The position numbers and the translations under genes are program-made. Below, in pieces: positions 1 through 8,095 of a stretch of 24,000 nucleotides of DNA (its first letter is position 1; each line of letters opens with the position of its first letter). The notes beneath the pieces are model-generated. The model was not told the origin of the DNA, ran no database searches, and saw only the letters and a program-made list of their open reading frames with translations. The stretch comes from an uncultured Dehalococcoidaceae bacterium (lineage in GTDB: Bacteria > Chloroflexota > Dehalococcoidia > Dehalococcoidales > RBG-16-60-22). The stretch is from the NCBI GenBank assembly GCA_964588605.1, contig CAZPQB010000002.1, forward strand, positions 59,193 to 83,192, read 5' to 3'.

Positions 1-955
1 AGAGAAGCTGGGTAGCTTCCTCGGAGTACGTTTTACCGAAAAGAAGAAGGATTTTATCACCGATAAGAAATATGATAATAATCAGCGGTATAAGTATGAA
101 AAAAGAGAATTTCATACTTCTTCTAACGTAGTCGTCTAAGCCTGCTTCATTATGTGAGCCTTCGGCAAAAAGGGAAAGGGATATACCGGCAGGGATTAAT
201 AGTAAGGCATTACTGACAACACCATAAGCCATATAGAAGTAAGCATTTTGTTCGGCACTAATAAGGGTGATTACCATAAGCGGGAGGACAAAGGTAGGAG
301 CCTTGGCAACAAGACCGGTAATAAAATTAGCCGAGGAAAAGTGAGCTATCTCATTTATTACCTTTCTCTTAATGGTAAAAGACGGATGATAGCCCCTCTT
401 TAACCGTGGGAGAAGCACCCCCAGCCCGACAATTGCAGCCACCGCAAAGCCTGCTCCCCAAGCGGTTATTATGCCGAAGCCATAGAGAAAGACGGGTAGC
501 GATACGACCAGAGCAAGCTTGACTAATCCCTGTGTTGCCGTTTGCAGCAGGGTAGTATCAGCCCTTTGATGGGCGACAAATACATTGTGTAAAAGGGTAT
601 AAAGCGTCCAGCTAATGATAAGTATGATAAAAATCGCGAACAGAAGAGCGTCCTGCCGCAGGAAAATAAGGTCGGGCGACCATACATTAAGGCCGACCAA
701 GAAGACCAGAGAAACAATAATAGCCGCCAAGCTGCCTGCGGTTAAACATGAATTAACGAGGACAGCGTAGTTTTTACCGGCACCGGAGATGTATCTGACC
801 AGTCCGAAATCAAGTCCTAAAGCAGCTAGTGTTGTCAGAAATCCGGCCACGGCAATGGCTGCCGAAGCCAGTCCCACTTCCGCGGCGGGATAGAACCTTG
901 CCGCCAATATCCAGAAGATAAAACCTAAAATACCGGACACTGCTGTATTCAGCAT
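1..955 (-). CDS. Wzx-like oligosaccharide/polysaccharide flippase (MOP superfamily), 3' end cut by window edge
   Basis: Absent from the ORF track because it runs off the window. My own translation of the minus strand gives ...RNAVYLMLNTAVSGILGFIFWILAARFYPAAEVGLASAAIAVAGFLTTLAALGLDFGLVRYISGAGKNYAVLVNS... and continues through many hydrophobic segments to base 1. The N-terminal pattern is typical of Polysacc_synt/Wzx proteins. The first ATG is at 955, but the frame is open back to 1121 (see the ATA-1099 finding). Confidence 0.6.
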   Translation of the reverse strand, partial: MLNTAVSGILGFIFWILAARFYPAAEVGLASAAIAVAGFLTTLAALGLDFGLVRYISGAGKNYAVLVNSCLTAGSLAAIIVSLVFLVGLNVWSPDLIFLRQDALLFAIFIILIISWTLYTLLHNVFVAHQRADTTLLQTATQGLVKLALVVSLPVFLYGFGIITAWGAGFAVAAIVGLGVLLPRLKRGYHPSFTIKRKVINEIAHFSSANFITGLVAKAPTFVLPLMVITLISAEQNAYFYMAYGVVSNALLLIPAGISLSLFAEGSHNEAGLDDYVRRSMKFSFFILIPLIIIIFLIGDKILLLFGKTYSEEATQLL

Positions 956-1095
956 GAGGTAAACTGCGTTTCTATAGAGCGAAACCCGGTAAAAAGCCTT
1001 AAACCTCTCTCTGGAGGTTAAAACCTGGGCTCCGCTAATGAACGTCTCTCTTACATCATGGAGCAGACGGTTAAAGAATAAGGATGAATTTGTTC

Positions 1096-1758
1096 CTATT
1101 TCCTTGCCTCCAAATAAAAGCTATCAGGGTGCAGTTCTCCTTCATCGAGTTGTTGAAGATCGGGTACTTCCCCCTGCCCTGGTGTGCACTTATTAACCTC
1201 ACTGAAACCAATGCTGGATAGTCGATAAGCTAATGAATCAAAATCATATATCCACTGATGTCCCTGGCTCAATATTCGATTGATGAGACGTTTAGACTTT
1301 TTGGTATCGGAAAGATTCAAGTTTTCTATGAATCTATCGGCGGAGGTGGCTTCTCCAGTCTGCTTTCCTTTAATGTATTCTTCTATAAGTAAATAGAGGT
1401 CGGGTACGACAAGTCTGAGTACTCCCCCACTTTTCAATACTCTATAGCACTCCTTCAGGACAAAATCAGCCTTGCTACGGGAAAGATGCTCGAGCATGTG
1501 CGAGGAATAAATATAATCTGCTTCGTTGTCTTTAAAAGGCAAACCCTTAGCGACGTCGTGCCGTTTTACCCCTAGTTCTGCCGGTATCTCCTCATCGGAG
1601 TTAAGCCTGTTCACCAAACCCATAGCGGAAAGGAATCGTAAAGGGATTTTAAGAAAAGGAAAGCGGGTCAGATACACTTTCCAGGTCTTATCTAAATTAA
1701 CCCATCCCTTGACTGCCTTCGGACCGCAGCCTAAGTTAACCTTCATTGCTTTTTGCAC
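1096..1758 (-). CDS. Class I SAM-dependent methyltransferase
   Basis: 220 aa. It has a glycine-rich motif I (VNLGCGPK), an SSHMLEHL motif and LKSGGVLRLVVPD (Methyltransf_11/23-like). The start is GTG at 1758, preceded by AAGGA. It lies in the operon between the membrane protein and the flippase. Confidence 0.75.
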   Translation of the reverse strand: MQKAMKVNLGCGPKAVKGWVNLDKTWKVYLTRFPFLKIPLRFLSAMGLVNRLNSDEEIPAELGVKRHDVAKGLPFKDNEADYIYSSHMLEHLSRSKADFVLKECYRVLKSGGVLRLVVPDLYLLIEEYIKGKQTGEATSADRFIENLNLSDTKKSKRLINRILSQGHQWIYDFDSLAYRLSSIGFSEVNKCTPGQGEVPDLQQLDEGELHPDSFYLEARK

Positions 1759-1820
1759 TGCTTATCCTTTTCTTAATGCCTGTCAATAATATGTCTGTTT
1801 AGGTGGACAGCCTGTTTTTC

Positions 1821-3566
1821 TCACTGTCTTAATGTCAACCTGCTTTCGTATATTATAAAATCATTATTAACGTAAACCGAGGAAGCCCTTTCCCCACGTG
1901 CCGATTGCATCCATCTGTCAATAACCTCATAACTTAGCCCGCCGTGGCCACTGGCGAGTACATACGAGGCTTCATCAAGAGCTTCAATGGGCATGTCGGT
2001 AGAATACCATCGGGTGGGCCAGATTTTTACCTCCGGATTATAGAATGGCAGCACACCTTGGTCTCCAGCTCTATAAAAAAACCAAGGATCAGTATCCACA
2101 GCATGCTGAACAAAGAACTTGGTTCCGGCTAACTCTGAACTGAATATCTGACCGTAAGACCCCTCCGTACCGTAGCGCGCTGGGAGAATAAGCAGCGTGG
2201 CCAGCAGCATTAAGGGAACGAGCAGTTTACGATTGGAGAAAACCAGCAGAATGATGCCGAGCACCGGGACCAGACCCAGTATATAGAGCCGTATGTACAT
2301 CTCCCGGTTGGGATAGATTACCCCGGATACAGCCAGTCCGGCGACCCATGCCACCAGCACTATCAGCCAAGGCCGTTTTTCCGGACTGACTCTTCCTGTG
2401 AAAAGGTAAAAGACGGCAGCTATCGCCAGAATACCATAGATAAAAATATAGGCAAGCTGTGAATACTGGGATATCAGCGCCGAGGCGGTGGTATGTGTCG
2501 GCTCGTAGAGACCTTCAACATGCGTGCCCATTCTAAAAATATAGTCCCAGGGTGCGGACAACCACCTGGCTACACCTAATTGCATTGCTGCGGTAGCTTG
2601 ATACGCGTACCATGTCAGCCAGATAACCACAAACAGGAGCAGTAACGGCACGGCTTCGCTCCGGCCCTTCTTGAATACTAACAGCACAATCAGGGCCAAC
2701 AGCAAGCCTAAACTGCTCAGTCCGTGGGTGAGCACCAGTACCGAAAAGCAAAGTATAGACAAGAATCTTGCGGCAACTATCTGGCGCCGGTCGGGTGTCG
2801 CCAGTAACATAAAACATAGTAATAGCAGCAATACAGCCATACCCTGCTGGGCAAGGTCCGATTGAAGCATCCAGTAGGAGGCGAGGGACAAGAACGAGAG
2901 TAAAAAGCAAGAATTCCGGGGTAATTCTAAATGTTTACCAATAGCGTAAGTAAGAAAAGTAAAAGCAATGACCCAGATAAAAGGTGCGAATCTCAGCCAG
3001 TCTTTGAAATCAAGGCTGGTAGCCAGCAGTGTTGAAGCGTGAAGGAAGTGCGCCGCCGGCCATGTCCGGTAATAGCTCATGGCATCCGGCCCAGCCATGT
3101 CGGTATGCCCGGTTGCCATTAATGTCCTAACATCGGCGAGGTTTGTGTAGGTTGTAGGATGTCTTGCATTCTCCTGAACCAGAGTAGCTATCCCGAATAG
3201 AAATAACCCTAGACTGAGCAGGATAAAAAGGTGAAGAGCGTCGGACTTAACCTCCTTATCCAAAAAAACCAGGATACTGCAGATTACCAGCAGAACCAGA
3301 CCCAGCCAGTACGCGGGAGTGAAGTGAGAAGCCAAGCCAAATAAATCTGACGGTTCACAATTTACATAGGCAGTTTGTGACACAGAATAGCAGAAAAGTA
3401 TCAGGCTTATCAGGATAAGAATAAGGTATAGTTTTGAGCGAGAGGTAACAGATAAGCTTCTCAGCGAGATACTCAGCAAGGATTCTCTCCACAAACTAAT
3501 TCTTTCTAGCAATTTCCTCCATTTAACTAAGTGACTTTTCGCCTTCCTCTTTTTCCATGTGCTCAA
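1821..3566 (-). CDS. Large polytopic membrane protein with C-terminal soluble domain (putative glycan polymerase or GT-C-type glycosyltransferase)
   Basis: 581 aa with more than 10 hydrophobic segments, then a C-terminal hydrophilic domain of about 110 aa (GTEGSYGQIFSSELAGTKFF...YVNNDFIIYESR). Function is inferred from the glycan-operon context only. The start is uncertain: the track start at 3566 is a TTG directly after a stop. TTG at 3479, preceded by GGAGAG with a 5-nt spacer, is a better candidate. Confidence 0.5.
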   Translation of the reverse strand: MSTWKKRKAKSHLVKWRKLLERISLWRESLLSISLRSLSVTSRSKLYLILILISLILFCYSVSQTAYVNCEPSDLFGLASHFTPAYWLGLVLLVICSILVFLDKEVKSDALHLFILLSLGLFLFGIATLVQENARHPTTYTNLADVRTLMATGHTDMAGPDAMSYYRTWPAAHFLHASTLLATSLDFKDWLRFAPFIWVIAFTFLTYAIGKHLELPRNSCFLLSFLSLASYWMLQSDLAQQGMAVLLLLLCFMLLATPDRRQIVAARFLSILCFSVLVLTHGLSSLGLLLALIVLLVFKKGRSEAVPLLLLFVVIWLTWYAYQATAAMQLGVARWLSAPWDYIFRMGTHVEGLYEPTHTTASALISQYSQLAYIFIYGILAIAAVFYLFTGRVSPEKRPWLIVLVAWVAGLAVSGVIYPNREMYIRLYILGLVPVLGIILLVFSNRKLLVPLMLLATLLILPARYGTEGSYGQIFSSELAGTKFFVQHAVDTDPWFFYRAGDQGVLPFYNPEVKIWPTRWYSTDMPIEALDEASYVLASGHGGLSYEVIDRWMQSARGERASSVYVNNDFIIYESRLTLRQ

Positions 3567-3885
3567 TTAAAGCTAAACAGACGACTATATCGTAGCTTTT
3601 CTCTTTGAAATCCAGACTTCGGATATCGCCCAGAATCAGCTCGTTGTAGACTCCGGTGTGCCGACACTCATCCAACGCAGGCTCAAAGGTATCCACACCG
3701 GTCACGTAAAATTCTTTACGCCTGTTGATGAACTTCATCGGTTTGCCCTTACCACAGCCTATGTCAAGGATACTCTTCACATCCTTCTGCATATACCGCC
3801 ATACGGTGTCCAGTTCTGTGAAAGGCACACGAGGACGGACTACTTTAGTAAACCGGTCCAATTTGGCCAGAAAGCTATCTCGCAA
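3523..3885 (-). CDS. SAM-dependent methyltransferase fragment (motifs I-II only; probably decayed)
   Basis: 120 aa with motif I ILDIGCGKG, post-I VTGVD and motif II YDIVVCLALIEH. It stops at TAA before the C-terminal half of the Rossmann fold. The start is TTG, preceded by AAGGGAAG. Confidence 0.5.
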   Translation of the reverse strand: MRDSFLAKLDRFTKVVRPRVPFTELDTVWRYMQKDVKSILDIGCGKGKPMKFINRRKEFYVTGVDTFEPALDECRHTGVYNELILGDIRSLDFKEKSYDIVVCLALIEHMEKEEGEKSLS

Positions 3886-3920
3886 ATGTCTTCCCTTTTA
3901 CTGCTGATGAGTATTCCAAA

Positions 3921-4616
3921 TTAGACGCTTTGGCTCACTCTCTTCAGCTTCATCATCTCTAGGGCCTTCTGAGCGTCGCTGACAAATTGCCTTACGGTTT
4001 CCCTGGTGTATTGATGGTCAGCCATCTTGGCCAGGAACTGGGGCGGTATGGTGATGATATGTGCCCCCGCCATAGCGGCGCTCAGGATATCGCCTACGGA
4101 CCTGATACTGCCAACAATCAGTTCTCCCTTATATTTCCAGTGTTCCAGCCAGCTGACACAGGTATTAATGACCTCGGGGGCGTTACCACCCTCGTCAGCC
4201 ACCCTGCCGGTAAAGACACTGATATAGGTAGCGTCTGCCTTGGCTGCCAGTATCACCTGCCCGTAGGACATGGCTACGGTGGCGTTGACCTTTATCCCTT
4301 CGCTTTCCAGACGCTTGATAAGACCGTAACAAGGGATGCCGTCCTGGGTAATCTGGGGTACTTTAATGACGATATTCGGCGCCCATGAGGCGAATGTCTG
4401 CGCCTGGGCAAACATCTCGTTGAGGTCGTTGGTGGTCACCTCAACACTGAGCGGGCGCGGATTCACCAGAGCCGCTATTTGCTTGGCCCCTTCTTCAGCG
4501 TTATAGACCCCGTCCTTGAACATAATGCTGGGATTGGTGGTGACGCCATCGATTACTCCCATATCGAGCCATTTCTCAATTTCAGTAACGCTTGCCGAAT
4601 CAATGAATATCTTCAT
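3921..4616 (-). CDS. tal: Transaldolase, short type 3B / fructose-6-phosphate aldolase family
   Basis: 231 aa. N-terminus MKIFIDSASVTEIEKWLDMGVIDGVTTNPSI, Schiff-base lysine context NIVIKVP, and ATYISVFTGRV. GGAGG ribosome-binding site 5 nt upstream of the ATG. Confidence 0.8.
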   Translation of the reverse strand: MKIFIDSASVTEIEKWLDMGVIDGVTTNPSIMFKDGVYNAEEGAKQIAALVNPRPLSVEVTTNDLNEMFAQAQTFASWAPNIVIKVPQITQDGIPCYGLIKRLESEGIKVNATVAMSYGQVILAAKADATYISVFTGRVADEGGNAPEVINTCVSWLEHWKYKGELIVGSIRSVGDILSAAMAGAHIITIPPQFLAKMADHQYTRETVRQFVSDAQKALEMMKLKRVSQSV

Positions 4617-4664
4617 ATTTGCCTCCTTACAAATATTTTCACCCTCACCTAACGGTAAAATGGC

Positions 4665-4859
4665 TTACGAACCAGCCTGTACATGCTTTTCTCTTGGCAG
4701 CAGATTGGGGATGGTATCCACAATGGGATAGTCTTCATTACACCTGGTGCAATGCAGATAACCGCTGACTACTTCCCTATCATTTTCTTCGTTCACCTTG
4801 AGTTCCAAATTTCTTTTGCATACGGGACAGGCCAGGATATCAATCAATTCTCTCCTCAT
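4665..4859 (-). CDS. Trm112-like zinc-ribbon protein (UPF0434/YcaR family)
   Basis: 64 aa: LIDILACPVCKRNLEL...LHCTRCNEDYPIVDTIPNLL, the classic CPxC...CxxC Trm112p-like signature. Its start lies 2 nt after the gmhB stop. Confidence 0.8.
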   Translation of the reverse strand: MRRELIDILACPVCKRNLELKVNEENDREVVSGYLHCTRCNEDYPIVDTIPNLLPREKHVQAGS

Positions 4860-4861
4860 GG

Positions 4862-5491
4862 TTAGCTCGGGACACCTCCAATCTTTAGTACTGTTGTTTC
4901 AAAGATAAACTGGGCTGCCTCCTTAAGGTCCGAAGCAATAGCATCAGGTCTGGCATCTTTTATATCCATAAGGCGGCAGAGTTCACACTTCATCCTGCCC
5001 AGCAGAATAGTCCTGCACCCGGCTTCTTTACCCGCCTGTACATCGGTAAGCCCGTCACCTATCATCCAGGACTGCGATAAACCTATATCCATATCACCGG
5101 CGGCTTGAAGGAGCAGCCCGGGCTTAGGTTTCCGGCAGGCGCAATCGATTCTCAGTTGCGCAATCTCCGCCTGGGGATGATGCAGGCAATAATATTCGCC
5201 ATCAAGGGAAGCCCCTCCTTCCAAGAGTTCTTCTTTCATCTTCTCCCTAATTTCATCAAAGGTCTTGGAGGTCAAATGCCCCTTGGCGATTCCGGGTTGG
5301 TTGGAGACCAGGATTACCTTATAACCCATGTCATGGAACCTAACAATCGCCTCGCTAACACGGGGGAGCAGCACGAACTGTTCCACGATAAACGGCGAAT
5401 CGACGATACCCTGTTCCTGATGATAGACCAGGGAATTGATGACACCATCGCGGTCGAGAAATACAGCTTTACCTTTGTTGTTTGTATTCAT
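4862..5491 (-). CDS. gmhB: D-glycero-D-manno-heptose 1,7-bisphosphate phosphatase (HAD-IIIA)
   Basis: 209 aa with HAD motif I FLDRDGVIN, VSNQPGIAKG, and the zinc-binding CxH...CxCRKPKPG segment typical of GmhB/histidinol-phosphatase-type HAD enzymes. Confidence 0.85.
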   Translation of the reverse strand: MNTNNKGKAVFLDRDGVINSLVYHQEQGIVDSPFIVEQFVLLPRVSEAIVRFHDMGYKVILVSNQPGIAKGHLTSKTFDEIREKMKEELLEGGASLDGEYYCLHHPQAEIAQLRIDCACRKPKPGLLLQAAGDMDIGLSQSWMIGDGLTDVQAGKEAGCRTILLGRMKCELCRLMDIKDARPDAIASDLKEAAQFIFETTVLKIGGVPS

Positions 5492-5513
5492 AACGTCAAT
5501 CAGATACGTTTAG

Positions 5514-6113
5514 TCAGCTTGCCTCTATCTTCTGCCTGAGGCAGGAGCAAATCAGGTGTTCCATAGCCAGATGAAAGGACTCTACCTGAGGAGTAGAATC
5601 TACGGGGACAACGATGCAGGCATCCGCCACCTCTTTCATCGGGCCGCCATTGAAGCCGCTGAGTCCAATAGTCTTGCCACCATTATCGGCTACATATTTC
5701 ATCGCTTTAAGAAGGTTTTGTGACCACAAACCGGCCTGGTCCTGACCGGAGCCGCCATGAACGCTGATGCAGATGAGGACATCCTCTCTCTGATACAGAC
5801 TCTTCAGCTGTTCATAAAAAAGGTTGTCAAAGCCGTTGTCATTAACCAGTGCGCTTATCAGGGGGATATTGTCATTGAGGCACAGCGCTTTGAAACGTCT
5901 TTTACCGTCAACTATAGTGGTCTTGGCCAGGTCACAGGCAAAATGAGTGGCCGTGCCTGCCGAACCGCCATTACCGCAGATAAAAACCTGACGGCCGTTC
6001 TGCCAGGCCTGGAAAAGAAGCTCCACAACCCTGTCTACATCCTCGATGGAGATATCCCCGGCCACCCTTTTCATTTCGGAAAGATAACTGGAGATGTAAT
6101 TTTCGTTCTCCAT
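5514..6113 (-). CDS. gmhA: Phosphoheptose (sedoheptulose-7-phosphate) isomerase, SIS domain
   Basis: 199 aa with FICGNGGSAGTATHFACDL and ISVHGGSG, hallmark motifs of the GmhA SIS domain. Confidence 0.85.
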   Translation of the reverse strand: MENENYISSYLSEMKRVAGDISIEDVDRVVELLFQAWQNGRQVFICGNGGSAGTATHFACDLAKTTIVDGKRRFKALCLNDNIPLISALVNDNGFDNLFYEQLKSLYQREDVLICISVHGGSGQDQAGLWSQNLLKAMKYVADNGGKTIGLSGFNGGPMKEVADACIVVPVDSTPQVESFHLAMEHLICSCLRQKIEAS

Positions 6114-6126
6114 ACTCTCCCTCTAT

Positions 6127-7119
6127 CTAAGTGTTGACCAGTATCTTGGCGCCATCAAATTCAAACCGGAATCTTTCCCACCGCAGCCCCATCTTATGCA
6201 TGGCTTCCACCAGCTTTGGTTTCTGGCTATTGACATTCTCGCAATAGAACAAAAAAAAGCCGCTACCGCCAGCACCTACCAGCTTCCCACCCAGGGCGCC
6301 TTTCTTACGGGCGACTTCATAGCACTCGTCCAGAAATGGATTGGACATCCGGGACGAGCGCTTTTTCTTGGTCTCCCAGTGAACATTGAGAAGGTCCCCA
6401 AACATGCCCAGATGCCCATTTTCCAGATACTTTTTAGTCTCCAACCCTATTTCTTTAATCCGGTGAAGGTTGTTGATCATATCAGGGTCGTCCTGTTTTG
6501 ACTTGGTATCCTGCTCGGTGAGTATTTCAGAAGCGCTCCTCTCACTACCAGTAAAGAAAAGGAGGATATTACTCTCCAGCTGGTCCAGCATCTCCGGCGA
6601 TATTCTGAGAGGTTCCACCAAAACCTCACCATTCTTCTCAAAGGTAAGACAGACAAGACCGCCAACAGCGGCCATGTACTGATCCTGCTTGCCGATAGGT
6701 TCTCCGAGTACGTCTATCTCAATATGGCAGGCCTCTTCAGCAAGCTGCCTCTGGGTAACGAATTCCTGTTTATAGGCATGCAAGACATTGAGAAGGGCCA
6801 CGGTAAAGCTAGAGGACGTACCCAGACCGCAGCCAGCGGGGACATCAACGGAGGAATGAAGCTCTATTCCCTTATCTATGCCGCAAAACTCGAGGGCTGC
6901 CCGAAAAATTCTGTGTTCCACTTCCGCCGCACAGTTTTTTATCTCCATCTGTGAGTAACTGAGCCTGATGTTATCGTAGAACCGGTGGTTGACCAGTATA
7001 TGACAGTATTTATTGATTGCCCCGGCGATAAGGAAACCTCCATATTTGGAGTAGTAAGACGCGAGGTCGGTACCGCCTCCGCCGAGACTGATTCGCGTTG
7101 GTGTTCTCGATAATATCAT
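6127..7119 (-). CDS. hddA: D-glycero-alpha-D-manno-heptose 7-phosphate kinase (GHMP kinase)
   Basis: 330 aa. N-terminus ILSRTPTRISLGGGGTDLASYY, GHMP motif PAGCGLGTSSSF, and C-terminal GGKLVGAGGSGFFLF. It overlaps hddC by 4 nt (ATGA). Confidence 0.8.
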   Translation of the reverse strand: MILSRTPTRISLGGGGTDLASYYSKYGGFLIAGAINKYCHILVNHRFYDNIRLSYSQMEIKNCAAEVEHRIFRAALEFCGIDKGIELHSSVDVPAGCGLGTSSSFTVALLNVLHAYKQEFVTQRQLAEEACHIEIDVLGEPIGKQDQYMAAVGGLVCLTFEKNGEVLVEPLRISPEMLDQLESNILLFFTGSERSASEILTEQDTKSKQDDPDMINNLHRIKEIGLETKKYLENGHLGMFGDLLNVHWETKKKRSSRMSNPFLDECYEVARKKGALGGKLVGAGGSGFFLFYCENVNSQKPKLVEAMHKMGLRWERFRFEFDGAKILVNT

Positions 7120-7811
7120 CTTTCTGCCCTACCTACATATTGTCCGAAGTCCTCAAGTCCCTGAAGCGAGCCTATTTCATAGAACCGCTCGTTGACTTCA
7201 TAGGCGAGTAGCTGTTTCCGCGAGATTAGTATGGGAAACAGGTCTTCCATGGGGTAATAGCAGTTTTCCGGTATAAGTTCCAGAGCTTCCTTTCTGAAGA
7301 TATGTACGCCATAGTCAATGTAAACCATATCCTCGGTCTTTTCTTTTTTATCATATCCTGTAACCAGGCAATCACTGACGGCAGTATTGCTGATATCATA
7401 GCTGTCATAATTTTGATACACCGTCATAAGGGCAAGCTTGTTTTTAGTTTGAAAATAGGAATACACAGACGACAAATCCAATAATAAATAGGAATCACCG
7501 TACATGGTAAAGAACTCTTGGTTGAGCATAGCTTCAGCTTTTTTGATAGCCCCCCCAGTGCCAAGAGGCACATCTTCACAGCTATACCTGATATCTACCC
7601 CGTACTTCCTTCCGTTGCCCAAATAACTCTCTATCCGTTCTCCCAGATGACCGATGCACATCACGATATCCCTTATTCCCTGTTGCCTCAGCAGCTTAAT
7701 CTGATACTCCACGAATGGCCTGCCCTGTATCATTAACATGGCTTTGGGCTGACTTTTGGTTAATTCACCCAACCGGGTAGCCAGTCCACCTGCCAGAATA
7801 ACTATCTGCAT
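7116..7811 (-). CDS. hddC: D-glycero-alpha-D-manno-heptose 1-phosphate guanylyltransferase (sugar nucleotidyltransferase)
   Basis: 231 aa. N-terminus MQIVILAGGLATRLGELTKSQPKAML is the nucleotidyltransferase signature. It is the first gene of the heptose operon. Confidence 0.8.
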   Translation of the reverse strand: MQIVILAGGLATRLGELTKSQPKAMLMIQGRPFVEYQIKLLRQQGIRDIVMCIGHLGERIESYLGNGRKYGVDIRYSCEDVPLGTGGAIKKAEAMLNQEFFTMYGDSYLLLDLSSVYSYFQTKNKLALMTVYQNYDSYDISNTAVSDCLVTGYDKKEKTEDMVYIDYGVHIFRKEALELIPENCYYPMEDLFPILISRKQLLAYEVNERFYEIGSLQGLEDFGQYVGRAER

Positions 7812-7897
7812 ATTCTCTGCTGCCTCACCTATTTTTCAGAGTACTGATATGTGTCGTACAAAATTACGGCTATAAGAGTTTTTAATTATGTACCGGT

Positions 7898-8095
7898 TTA
7901 CCATGGCTCCTTGGTTATTCCAGCGTCTTGAAAGAGTTTTTTAAGCTCCCTTGAAGCCAAACGGCTGGGTCGGCCGCCTCGCCTTTCCCATCGCTGAACC
8001 GTCGAGAGGCTAACGCCTATCTCCCGTGCCAAGTCTTCCTGTACCCAGCCCTTTTTCCTCCGCAGCATCTTTACCTTCTCAGCAAGACCTTCCAT
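7898..8095 (-). CDS. XRE-family helix-turn-helix transcriptional regulator
   Basis: 65 aa. KGWVQEDLAREIGVSLSTVQRWERRG is a typical HTH_3 motif. It sits directly upstream of the glycan operon on the same strand. Confidence 0.75.
   Translation of the reverse strand: MEGLAEKVKMLRRKKGWVQEDLAREIGVSLSTVQRWERRGGRPSRLASRELKKLFQDAGITKEPW

Noticed and set aside
3523-3525. TAA stop of the truncated methyltransferase as a reassigned or read-through codon
   Set aside because: TAA terminates well-conserved genes in this window at sensible positions (for example argC and pfk). A second in-frame TAG also follows 8 codons later, so decay is the simpler explanation.
3987-6137. Plus-strand ORFs inside tal, gmhB and gmhA (3987-4388, 5105-5539, 5757-6137)
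   Set aside because: Antisense shadows of well-supported minus-strand genes.
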